This document shows, piece by piece, positions 44,778-53,534 of a stretch of 64,000 bases of DNA (position 1 is its first letter; every line of letters begins with the position of its first letter). The DNA lies in assembly GCA_016193315.1 (NCBI GenBank), contig JACPSJ010000001.1:535478-599477 (forward strand), in the 5' to 3' direction. The DNA is from Candidatus Kerfeldbacteria bacterium (GTDB lineage: Bacteria; Patescibacteriota; Patescibacteriia; SBBC01; CAIJZX01). A model generated the notes under the pieces. It ran no database searches, had not been told where the DNA came from, and was given only the letters and a program-made list of their open reading frames with translations. The translations under genes were made by a program, and so were the position numbers.

Positions 44778-45515
44778 CTAGTAAACCGCTGGCGTGGGTG
44801 AGGTGAGGCAAATACGGTCCCGGCCGGCTGCCTTGGCCCGGTTGAGCTCGGCATCGGCCGCGGCCAAGAGCTGCTGCCAGGTCATGATCGAGCCAGGCGA
44901 GACTGACGTCAACCCACCACTGACTGTGACTAATCGGCCGCTGGGTCGTACTTTCGGCAGTTGCCGAATCCGTTGGCGGATTCTTTCGGCCGCCACGCTG
45001 GCCGCCGCCACATCTGTCCGCGCGAAGATGACCACAAACTCCTCCCCACCCCAACGAACAACCGCCTCATCAGCAACTACTTCCCACAGATCATCGCTGA
45101 GACGAATCGCCTGCCTGATCGTAGCCGCGACTTGACGCAATACCTCGTCGGCCCCGAGGTGACCGAGTTCGTCATTAATCTTTTTGAAATGGTCGATGTC
45201 GAAGACGGCCAGCGAGATGGGGTGGCCGTGAGTCCTGGCCTCGGCGAGTTCGAACTCGAGGGCATACCGCAGCAGGTCGGAACGCTGAACGCCGGTCTTG
45301 GGGTCACGGGCCAGGTCTTTCAGGAGTTGATAGGCTTCGGCCACTGACACCGCGCCGGATGCCACCTTGCGCTGGAGCATTTCATCTCGGTGATCTGCCA
45401 GGTAGTGCTTAATGACCTGCTCGGCCCGACGACTCAGCCACCGTTGACGATCTTGGTCGACGGCGCGGCTCTGCCGCTGGCCCCGCTCGTCGTCAGATGC
45501 CCGAGGCGGCATCAA
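44778..45515 (-). CDS. GGDEF-domain diguanylate cyclase without sensor domain
   Basis: 245 aa; GGEEF active site (RWGGEEFVVIF) and DxxxD.. motifs; only a short ~70-aa helical N-terminus. Confidence 0.7.
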   Translation of the reverse strand: MMPPRASDDERGQRQSRAVDQDRQRWLSRRAEQVIKHYLADHRDEMLQRKVASGAVSVAEAYQLLKDLARDPKTGVQRSDLLRYALEFELAEARTHGHPISLAVFDIDHFKKINDELGHLGADEVLRQVAATIRQAIRLSDDLWEVVADEAVVRWGGEEFVVIFARTDVAAASVAAERIRQRIRQLPKVRPSGRLVTVSGGLTSVSPGSIMTWQQLLAAADAELNRAKAAGRDRICLTSPTPAVY

Positions 45516-45906
45516 GCGCGCGATTGACTAAAGCATCGGCCCCGCGATTGGCCTCGCGCGGCACCGCGGAATACGTCACCCGGCCGATCTGGTTTGCCAG
45601 CGAGTGGATCCTGACTACCCACGGCCCCAGATCGCGATGTTTCACCTTGTATTTTCCACGTAGTTGGTGAACAACTAATTCGCTGTCACAATAAACATCG
45701 ACCTGGTCGGCCCCGACGCCCCGGGCATACTCGAGGCCAGCCGCGACCGCTTGGTACTCGGCTTGGTTGTTGGTCGTCACTCCGATGGTCCGGCTGATGG
45801 TGGCAATGATTTGGCCCCCAGCCTTAATCACTACCCCAATGGCCGCCGGCCCCGGGTTGCCCCGGGCCCCACCGTCGGTGTGAAGGATAAGGTGATGAGC
45901 CGTCAT
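45493..45906 (-). CDS. rnhA: Ribonuclease HI
   Basis: 137 aa; HTDGGARGNPGPAAIG and DSELVVHQLRG motifs of the RNase H fold. Confidence 0.8.
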   Translation of the reverse strand: MTAHHLILHTDGGARGNPGPAAIGVVIKAGGQIIATISRTIGVTTNNQAEYQAVAAGLEYARGVGADQVDVYCDSELVVHQLRGKYKVKHRDLGPWVVRIHSLANQIGRVTYSAVPREANRGADALVNRALDAASGI

Positions 45907-47621
45907 TGGCCAGGTCGAAAATCAATAATTGTCAGCTGCGGCACACGCCGTCCCTGCCAGTCATCCCAGCGCGGTTCGACGACTAGGTCAACTGATTGGT
46001 TCGGATGAATCTCTCCCTTCCGCGGGCCAAGGCGAAAGCCGATAAACTGTCCGAGCTGGCCCGCTTGGCGACCGGTCAGGCGAAGGTGGTGGTCGTCGTT
46101 CCCGACTGTCCGGACCTCAACCGGCCGAATGCCGGATAGCTGAATCTTCGGACGTTCATGCCCCACCCCAAAGGGGGCCAGACGCTCAATACCGTCAAAG
46201 ACATCTGGGGTTAGATCAACCAGGGTGGCTTCCGTGTCGATGAAAAGCGGACGCTGCGGTTTGGGACGGGCTTCATCATCGCTTCGTAATGACTCGCGAA
46301 ACCAGTGGCTGAAGACCGACCGCTGATCCTTCGAAACAAGGGTAAAGCCGCACGCCCCGGCGTGCCCCCCGAAGCGCTGAAAATGGTGTTCGCCACTCCG
46401 GAGGTGAGCCGTCAAGTCAAAGCCCGGGACCGACCGGCCGGAACCGACCACCTGCTCACCACTGTCGGTCATCACCACCACCGGCCGCCAGACCCGTTCC
46501 ACCAGCCGTCCGGCAATGAGCCCGAGAATCCCCGGCGACCAGTGCGGGGCGTAGGCCACATAGCCGAGCTGGGATCCCTGCCGGGTAACCTGATCCATAG
46601 CTTCGAGCACGGCCAGTTCGGTCAAGCGTTGCCGCTCGAGGTTGATACGTTGTAACTCTTCGGCCAGGGACCGCGCTTCATCTGTCTGCCTAGCCAACAG
46701 CAGCCGGAGAGCCGTCCCGGCGTGTTGCAGGCGCCCGGCGGCATTGAGCCGCGGCGCGACTTGGTAGCCAATCGTGGTTTCGCGTACCTGTTGTAGATCG
46801 CTACCCATGACCGTAAACAGTGCCCGTAGCCCCGGTCGGCGAGTCTGACGGAAGGCCTGCAAGCCGTAGTGCACGAGAATGCGGTTCTCTCCCACCAGCG
46901 GCATCAGGTCGGCGACGGTTGCAATCGCCACTAGATCGAGTAATGACTTCCCCCAACCCGGCGGCACCGAATGGCGCGGCGGTCGTTCGTCAGCCGCCGC
47001 CTGCAACAGACCGCGGGCCAAGGTGAAGGCCACCCCGCCCGAGGCATGGTCTCGGAACGGGTAGGTTTGATCTGGGCGGTGGGGATTGATCAGCGCCAGC
47101 GGGGCCGGCTGATGCGGGGGTACCAGGTGATGATCGAGGACCATGACGTCCAGGCCGCGTTGGCGCGCCTGTTCAATTTCTTCAACATTCGTGGTCCCAC
47201 AATCAACGGCCACCAGGACCGTCGTGCCGGCCGCCGCCAGTGTGTCGATGGCTGCGGTATTGAGGCCATACCCCTCCGCCCGGCGCTCCGGTAGGTACCA
47301 GTTGACTCGGCCGCCCAGGGCCGTCAGCGTCTCCACCAGGATAGCGGTGGCGCAGATGCCGTCGGCGTCATAGTCGCCGTAAATCGTTACCTGCTCGTGG
47401 TCGGTCAACGCCTGCATCAACCGGCCGACGGCCACGTCAAGATCGCGGTACAGGAACGGATCGTCTAACTGTTCATAGTTGGGGTGGAGGAACTCCCGAA
47501 TCGACTGCTGATGGCGAAAGCCACGGGTCCAAAGAATCCGCCCGACTAACGGGGGCAAAGCCGTGGACAGACGTTCGACCGCCGGTGGCTGAGCTCGCAG
47601 CTGCCAATCCCAGCGACTCAT
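45903..47621 (-). CDS. recJ: Single-stranded-DNA-specific exonuclease RecJ
   Basis: 572 aa; DHH motifs (DYDADGI, LDHH) and the DHHA1 region. Confidence 0.8.
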   Translation of the reverse strand: MSRWDWQLRAQPPAVERLSTALPPLVGRILWTRGFRHQQSIREFLHPNYEQLDDPFLYRDLDVAVGRLMQALTDHEQVTIYGDYDADGICATAILVETLTALGGRVNWYLPERRAEGYGLNTAAIDTLAAAGTTVLVAVDCGTTNVEEIEQARQRGLDVMVLDHHLVPPHQPAPLALINPHRPDQTYPFRDHASGGVAFTLARGLLQAAADERPPRHSVPPGWGKSLLDLVAIATVADLMPLVGENRILVHYGLQAFRQTRRPGLRALFTVMGSDLQQVRETTIGYQVAPRLNAAGRLQHAGTALRLLLARQTDEARSLAEELQRINLERQRLTELAVLEAMDQVTRQGSQLGYVAYAPHWSPGILGLIAGRLVERVWRPVVVMTDSGEQVVGSGRSVPGFDLTAHLRSGEHHFQRFGGHAGACGFTLVSKDQRSVFSHWFRESLRSDDEARPKPQRPLFIDTEATLVDLTPDVFDGIERLAPFGVGHERPKIQLSGIRPVEVRTVGNDDHHLRLTGRQAGQLGQFIGFRLGPRKGEIHPNQSVDLVVEPRWDDWQGRRVPQLTIIDFRPGQ

Positions 47622-48481
47622 GACAGTCCCTCGTAGAGCCGGCTCAAATCAACCGTCAACGGCTGGTCAACCAGCGGACCCGGCCTGAGGACGGGCAGCC
47701 GGTCCTGGAGCGTCGGCCGCTCCGCGCGGTAGAACAGTCCAATTGGCAGGTCGTCGTTGGCCGACACTGCGCGCTGCCAGGCTGATGGACGATCGCTCGG
47801 GTCGTGACCAAGCTCATCGAGCTTCCGAATGCGCTCGTAGAACCAAGCGAAAGTATTGAGGCGATTGAACGTCACGCAGGGCTGAAAAACGTCGATGAAA
47901 GCGAACCCCCGATGGGCCAGTGCCCCCTGGATGAGGCCCTCGAGGTGCGGCAAATCACCGGCGAATCCACGAGCCACGTAACTGCAGTCCGCGCTAATCG
48001 CCAGGGCGATCGGGTTGAGCGGCTCGTCAGTCACTCCGGTCGGCGTGGAGACGGTTTTGAAACCCTCGGCCGACGTTGGCGAGGCTTGCCCCTTCGTCAA
48101 GGCATAGAGCTGGTTGTTCTCAACAATATAGGTCAGATCAGGATTCGACCGAATAGCGTGCAGGAAGTGCCCGAGACCTTCCCCGTAGGCCGCGCCATCG
48201 CCGCTAATGACAATCGTCTTCAGCCGATGGTTGGCCAAGGCGATGCCGGTGGCCAGGGGCACGGCCCGGCCGTGAAGCCCGTGAAAACAGTAGGCCTTCA
48301 CCCAATTGGCGCCATTGCCGGAACAACCGATATCAAAAACCACGGCCGCCTGGTGGGGGGCGATATTCGTGACGGCCAGGACATGGTTGAGAGCACTCCA
48401 CAGGGCAAAGTTGCCGCAACCCGGGCACCAGGTGGGAACGTTCGAGGTTTCAGCGCGGTGGGTCGACGGGTCGATGGTCAT
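47618..48481 (-). CDS. korB: 2-oxoacid:ferredoxin oxidoreductase beta subunit (TPP-binding)
   Basis: 287 aa; CPGCGNF...GCSGN and GDG..Y..GLGH TPP motifs. Confidence 0.8.
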   Translation of the reverse strand: MTIDPSTHRAETSNVPTWCPGCGNFALWSALNHVLAVTNIAPHQAAVVFDIGCSGNGANWVKAYCFHGLHGRAVPLATGIALANHRLKTIVISGDGAAYGEGLGHFLHAIRSNPDLTYIVENNQLYALTKGQASPTSAEGFKTVSTPTGVTDEPLNPIALAISADCSYVARGFAGDLPHLEGLIQGALAHRGFAFIDVFQPCVTFNRLNTFAWFYERIRKLDELGHDPSDRPSAWQRAVSANDDLPIGLFYRAERPTLQDRLPVLRPGPLVDQPLTVDLSRLYEGLS

Positions 48482-50238
48482 CGGATCAGGGCCTGGAGCT
48501 GGCCGGCCAGTTTTTCGGGTTCAAACGGTCGACCGTCGTATTGCCGGAGATGATGGTCGAACTGACGACCGGTGTGTTGCCGAATCCAGCCGGCCATTTG
48601 ACCGGATTGATTGCCTTCCACCATGACCGTGGTCCGAGCCCGGCTGAGGAGCGTGTCAACGGCCGTCGCCGGGAACGGATTGACCAACCACAAATGGAGG
48701 TGGTTCGTTTGCAGATGATAGCGTTGGGTCAGGATGGCTCGCGCTTCGCTGACTACCCCTTTCGTTGACCCCCAACTGACAATCGTCAGATCGGCCTTGG
48801 CTGGACCGACCAATGTCGGATGAGGCAGCCCCCGGAGCACCATGGCTTCTTTCCTGGCGCGGCGGTTCATTTGCGCCAGGCGGTTGGCCACGCCTTCCTC
48901 GGAAAAACCGTACCGGTCGTGTTCGTCGGAATTGGCCACGAACAGGCCGCCGGGGGTGCCGGGCAGCGTTCGCGGCGCCACGCCATCGGCGGCCGGATCG
49001 TAGCGTCGGAAGCGATCACCGGGCGGCAGTTCTTCAGACCGGCGCACCAGCCCGCGGTCGACTGGTAAAACTGTTCGAAAACGCGGCACGCCGACGTGGC
49101 TCTCGGCTAAGTATTTGTCGGTCATGATGATGATCGGCGTCTGATACCGTTCGGCCAGATCAAATGCCAACTGGGTTAGTTCAAAACACTCCTCCACATC
49201 ACCAGGCGCGAGAACAATTTTCAGAAAATCGCCTTGCGAGGCATGGAGCACCTGACGCAGATCGGCCTGCTCGGTCCAGGTCGGCAAGCCGGTTGACGGC
49301 CCGCCGCGCTGGGCTTCGATGATAACGACCCCCACCTCGGTCATGCCGGCCAGACCAACGGCCTCGGTCATGAGGGAGAATCCGCCACCAGCCGTGCCAC
49401 ACATCGCCCGGACGCCGGCGTAGGCCGCACCAATCGTTTCGTTGATCACGCCGATTTCGTCTTCGGCATGGCGGACAACCATTCCGTACGTCGGTCCATG
49501 CTCGGCCAGGAAGTGAAGAATGGTTGAGGAGGGCGTCATCGGATAAGCGGCGTAGAACTTACAGCCCGCTTGGAGAGCACCGAGGGCAATGGCCTCGTTT
49601 CCGGCCAAGTACAGCGGTGGCTCCGGTGACGGCAGCGGGTCGAGATCCCACGGGAAATGGCGAGCCGCCTCTGAATCAATGGCCTGGTAACCGGCTCGAA
49701 GCAACGCCAGGTTAAGATCGACCACGGCCTGGCCTTTAGCCATAAACAGATCTTTGACCACCGCGGCCGGAAAAGAAAAATTAACACTCAACAAGGCAAA
49801 GGTGGCGCCCAAGGCGACCGTATTCCGCATATACAACTCCCCGCCGTGGTCAACCGAGATTTGCCCGAGTGACACTGGGTGCCAACGAATATCATCACGG
49901 CCAAGCGCGGCGGGACGGAAGTCACGAAAGGAATATTCGCCCGGATCAAAGACCACGGCGCCGCCGGGACTCACTTCTGCCAAGTGTTGATCAACGGTTT
50001 CGCGATTGAGCGCCACCAGGATATTGACGGCTGCCCGCCACGCCCGGACTGGTTGTGGCGCCACGTAGACTTGATAGGTATTGTGTCCGCCTCGAATGAG
50101 CGACGGATACTCAGAGTAATCAAAAATTTGCAATCCGGCCCGCAAGCAGGTTTTGGCAAAGATGGTGCCGCTGGCCATAATGCCAAAACCGGCTTCACCG
50201 CCGATTTTCCAGCTGAACGTATTTTTCTGGCGCTCCAT
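48478..50238 (-). CDS. korA: 2-oxoacid:ferredoxin oxidoreductase alpha subunit
   Basis: 586 aa; PFOR domains III plus I pattern; translationally coupled to korB. Confidence 0.8.
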   Translation of the reverse strand: MERQKNTFSWKIGGEAGFGIMASGTIFAKTCLRAGLQIFDYSEYPSLIRGGHNTYQVYVAPQPVRAWRAAVNILVALNRETVDQHLAEVSPGGAVVFDPGEYSFRDFRPAALGRDDIRWHPVSLGQISVDHGGELYMRNTVALGATFALLSVNFSFPAAVVKDLFMAKGQAVVDLNLALLRAGYQAIDSEAARHFPWDLDPLPSPEPPLYLAGNEAIALGALQAGCKFYAAYPMTPSSTILHFLAEHGPTYGMVVRHAEDEIGVINETIGAAYAGVRAMCGTAGGGFSLMTEAVGLAGMTEVGVVIIEAQRGGPSTGLPTWTEQADLRQVLHASQGDFLKIVLAPGDVEECFELTQLAFDLAERYQTPIIIMTDKYLAESHVGVPRFRTVLPVDRGLVRRSEELPPGDRFRRYDPAADGVAPRTLPGTPGGLFVANSDEHDRYGFSEEGVANRLAQMNRRARKEAMVLRGLPHPTLVGPAKADLTIVSWGSTKGVVSEARAILTQRYHLQTNHLHLWLVNPFPATAVDTLLSRARTTVMVEGNQSGQMAGWIRQHTGRQFDHHLRQYDGRPFEPEKLAGQLQALIR

Positions 50239-50246
50239 GACGGGCT

Positions 50247-51401
50247 TCAGTCTATCACTCGCTCCACGGTTTCGGCAATCGCCGCTTCTTCATCGGCCCT
50301 GATAGTCACCACCGGCCAACCACGGGCAATCGGCACCGCCTTAATGACCTGCCGTTGAATCCACGTATTCTGGCCGACCGGGCCGGTAAACACCATGATC
50401 TTCGGCGCTGGCAGAAGCCCCAGGTAACTCGCCAGGTAGCGCTCAATATCATAGAGGTACATCGCCAGCGCCAGGCGAGCGTGCTGGCGCTGCGACCGCG
50501 ACCATCGACGGCGGGGCCAGGCCGGTATTGGATGCCCGGCGGCCGCCAGTACATCACGCACGTCGCGCAAACCCGTCAAGCCAAATAAACCAGATCGTTC
50601 CTCCAGCAAGCGGGTGACTTGCCGCGGCGACATATGGGCGCGGGTCTGAAGATAGAGCGGGATGCTCGGGTCGAGGTCGCCGGAACGAGTGCTCATCGTC
50701 AATCCTTCGAGCGGGGTGAACCCCATGCTGGTGTCGATCGGCCGGCCAGCCCGCCAGGCAGTCAAACTGTCGCCGGATCCGAGATGGAGCGTCACGGCGT
50801 TTGTCCGGCTGGGCGCCCGATGCAAACGCTGGCCAGCGCGGGTAAACGCATCGCCGTGAGAAATGCCATGGAAACCGTACTTCCGTATGTGAAAACGCTT
50901 AGCCAGGTTGAGGGGTAGGGCGTAGAGCCGGACTGCGGGCGCCAGGTGGTGGTAGAGGCCGGTATCGAATACCGCCCACTGCCGGATGCCTGGCCAGTGT
51001 TTGGTCACCGCGGCCACCCCCGCCAGGTTAGCTGGCAAGTGGAGCGGCGCCAAGGGGACAAGCCGTTGTAAACGTCGAACAATACTGGCTGATAATTTCG
51101 TGGGCAGGTACAACAACTCGCCGCCATGAACTACTCGGTGGGCGGCGATAGTCGGTCGCAGACGTCGCTGTTCGAGCAGCCGAACAATGCGATCGATGGC
51201 GGTGGGCACGGACCGAGCGACAACGGTGCTGACGACAGTCTGCCCGCGCTCGGTCAGGTGCAGTCTGGGGCGGCTATCGACGCCTTCGATCTCACCGCGG
51301 ATGATATTCTGACTGTCCTGTCGGACCAGAAACTTGACTGACGACGACCCGGCATTAAGAACCAACAGCGTTCGCTGACGATCAACGGACGACCGTGCCA
51401 T
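50247..51401 (-). CDS. ackA: Acetate (propionate) kinase
   Basis: 384 aa; N-terminal LVLNAGSSSVKF and the HLGSGDS-like motifs of the ASKHA acetate kinase family. Confidence 0.75.
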   Translation of the reverse strand: MARSSVDRQRTLLVLNAGSSSVKFLVRQDSQNIIRGEIEGVDSRPRLHLTERGQTVVSTVVARSVPTAIDRIVRLLEQRRLRPTIAAHRVVHGGELLYLPTKLSASIVRRLQRLVPLAPLHLPANLAGVAAVTKHWPGIRQWAVFDTGLYHHLAPAVRLYALPLNLAKRFHIRKYGFHGISHGDAFTRAGQRLHRAPSRTNAVTLHLGSGDSLTAWRAGRPIDTSMGFTPLEGLTMSTRSGDLDPSIPLYLQTRAHMSPRQVTRLLEERSGLFGLTGLRDVRDVLAAAGHPIPAWPRRRWSRSQRQHARLALAMYLYDIERYLASYLGLLPAPKIMVFTGPVGQNTWIQRQVIKAVPIARGWPVVTIRADEEAAIAETVERVID

Positions 51402-51945
51402 ACGTGCCTTGAGTTATTCCAAACGCATTGGCTTCATCGGTATCAACATGCATCCGCCAGACCGATTCCTCAGCCACTCTGACGATGACGTGATCGAAAA
51501 CACCGCCGCGTGGGTCGTCAACGCGGACCGTTACCTCCTGACCGTCACGCCATCCTGCCTCAGCGGCCTGCTTGGTAGGCATATGAAGATGCCGTTGTTG
51601 GTGAATCGCCGCCGCCACGCTGATCGATCCGGCCGGGCCAATGATGGTGATCTTAGCCGCCGCGTCGAGTTGCCCGGACGATGACAGTGGTGGCGTCAAG
51701 CCAAGCTGGCGGGCGTCCGATGACGCCAGTTCGACCTGGGTATATGGTCGGAACGGTCCGACTACGCCAACCCGCTCGAGCCGACCAGCCGGCCCCACGA
51801 GCGTCACCCGCTGGCGGGCCAGGAATTGGGGCGTCTGAGAGAGTTGGTGATCGACGGTCGGCGTGTCCGACCCGAACAGTCGCGCCCAATCAGACTGGCT
51901 GAGGTGAGCGTGTCGGGCCGAGACTTCGATCGGGACAGTTGTCAT
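51382..51945 (-). CDS. pduL: PduL-type phosphate acyltransferase (phosphotransacetylase)
   Basis: 187 aa; duplicated PduL motifs (IPIEVSARHAHLSQSD and the second half-domain HQQRHLHMPTKQAAEAG). Confidence 0.7.
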   Translation of the reverse strand: MTTVPIEVSARHAHLSQSDWARLFGSDTPTVDHQLSQTPQFLARQRVTLVGPAGRLERVGVVGPFRPYTQVELASSDARQLGLTPPLSSSGQLDAAAKITIIGPAGSISVAAAIHQQRHLHMPTKQAAEAGWRDGQEVTVRVDDPRGGVFDHVIVRVAEESVWRMHVDTDEANAFGITQGTYGTVVR

Positions 51946-53534
51946 GCGAAAGCAAAGAGGTTATGTCCGGACATCTCGGGCGGGGTTGGCAGGCCGACTA
52001 AACTGAGTAGCGTTGGCCCGACGTCGGCCAAGACGCCGACTGGGGTCAAACTGGACAAATCGCGCATCGGCGACCGGAATCGTTGCCGGACGGCGGCGGG
52101 GAGATCATTGGCCACGACGATGAACGGTACTGGGTTGGCTGAATGTTCTTTACTCACCGCGCCCGTTTGACTATCGATCTTCGCCTCGGCGTTACCGTGG
52201 TCGGCAGTGATGATAACCAGCCCGTTAATCGATAAGGCGGCCTGGACGATCTCGCCCGCACACCAGTCGAGCGTCTCAATGGCCCGGATAGTGGCGGGGA
52301 TATTGCCAGTATGCCCGATCATGTCCGAATTGGCAAAGTTAGCAACGATCAAGGCGTACTTACCGGTATTCAGTTCCTGGACCAGTCGCTCGGTGATGCT
52401 GCGGGCGCTCATATCCGGTTTTTGATCGTAGGCAGCCACCGATGGTGAGGGAATGAGCACGCGGTCTTCATTCGGGAACGGTTGCTCAAGCCCGCCGTTG
52501 AAGAAGAAGGTGACGTGGGCGTATTTCTCCGTCTCGGCGATGTGCAGTTGATGGAGTCCGGCGTCGCTATAAACCTTGGCCAGGGGGGTGGTCACCGATT
52601 CCGGCGGGAAGGCGATGGTGACCGGCAAATCCCGTTCATATTCGGTCATGGTCACGAAGGTCACGTCCTTGAGGTACTCCGGCCGCGAGAATTTTTCAAA
52701 ACCCGGGAGGACAAACGCTTTCGTCAGCTGACGGGCGCGATCCGAGCGAAAATTGAAAAAAATCACCGCGTCGTGGTCGCTGACGGTGGCCACTGGTTTG
52801 CCGCCCGCGGTGATGACGGTCGGTACCATCTGCTCGTCGTACACGCCGCGACGGTAGGAATCCAGCACCGCTTGGAGCGGATCGGACGCCTGTGGCCCGC
52901 GGCCAGCGGTCATCGCCTGATATGCCGCCGCCGTCCGATCCCAGCGGTTGTCGCGATCCATGGCATAATACCGCCCCATGACCGTGGCGATCCGCCCCAG
53001 GCCAAGAGTCGCAATTTTATTCTGTACTTTGGCAATAAACTCTTGACCACTATTGTACGGGCTGTCGCGGCCATCAAGAATGACGTGGAGAAAAACGTTG
53101 GACAGTTTCTGGCGCTGGCAGAGTTCGAGCAGCGCGTAAGCATGTTCGTCAAAGCTGTGCACCCCCGCGGTGCTGAACATGCCGAGCAGGTGGAGGCGGC
53201 TACGGTGCGCTTTGACGGTCGTCATGGTGTCAAGAAAGGCCGGCTGGGTGAAAAAACTGCCGTCGACGATCGAGCGGGTAATGCGCGGCAAATCTTGGTA
53301 GATGGCCTTGCCCGCACCAATCGTCAGGTGGCCGACCTCCGAGTTCCCCATTTCCCCCCACGGTAGCCCCACCGCCTCACCAGACGCCTGGAGTGTCATC
53401 GTCGGGTAGGATTCTATCAGGCGGTCGAGGTTTGGCGTCTTGGCTAAGGCAATGGCGTTCCCGCGGGATGGCGGCGCGACCCCGAAGCCGTCGAGAATGA
53501 CCAAAACAGCTGGCTGGCGCTGAGGAGTAATCAT
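51942..53534 (-). CDS. gpmI: 2,3-bisphosphoglycerate-independent phosphoglycerate mutase, copy 1
   Basis: 530 aa; iPGM signatures (VILDGFG, SEVGHLTIGAGK, DGRDSP, ITADHGNAE). Confidence 0.85.
   Translation of the reverse strand: MITPQRQPAVLVILDGFGVAPPSRGNAIALAKTPNLDRLIESYPTMTLQASGEAVGLPWGEMGNSEVGHLTIGAGKAIYQDLPRITRSIVDGSFFTQPAFLDTMTTVKAHRSRLHLLGMFSTAGVHSFDEHAYALLELCQRQKLSNVFLHVILDGRDSPYNSGQEFIAKVQNKIATLGLGRIATVMGRYYAMDRDNRWDRTAAAYQAMTAGRGPQASDPLQAVLDSYRRGVYDEQMVPTVITAGGKPVATVSDHDAVIFFNFRSDRARQLTKAFVLPGFEKFSRPEYLKDVTFVTMTEYERDLPVTIAFPPESVTTPLAKVYSDAGLHQLHIAETEKYAHVTFFFNGGLEQPFPNEDRVLIPSPSVAAYDQKPDMSARSITERLVQELNTGKYALIVANFANSDMIGHTGNIPATIRAIETLDWCAGEIVQAALSINGLVIITADHGNAEAKIDSQTGAVSKEHSANPVPFIVVANDLPAAVRQRFRSPMRDLSSLTPVGVLADVGPTLLSLVGLPTPPEMSGHNLFAFA

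Noticed and set aside
44576-44854. Full 92-aa ORF overlapping the end of the GGDEF gene
   Set aside because: Its first 46 codons lie inside the diguanylate cyclase gene in another frame. Only the downstream 46-aa part is retained, as a low-confidence feature.
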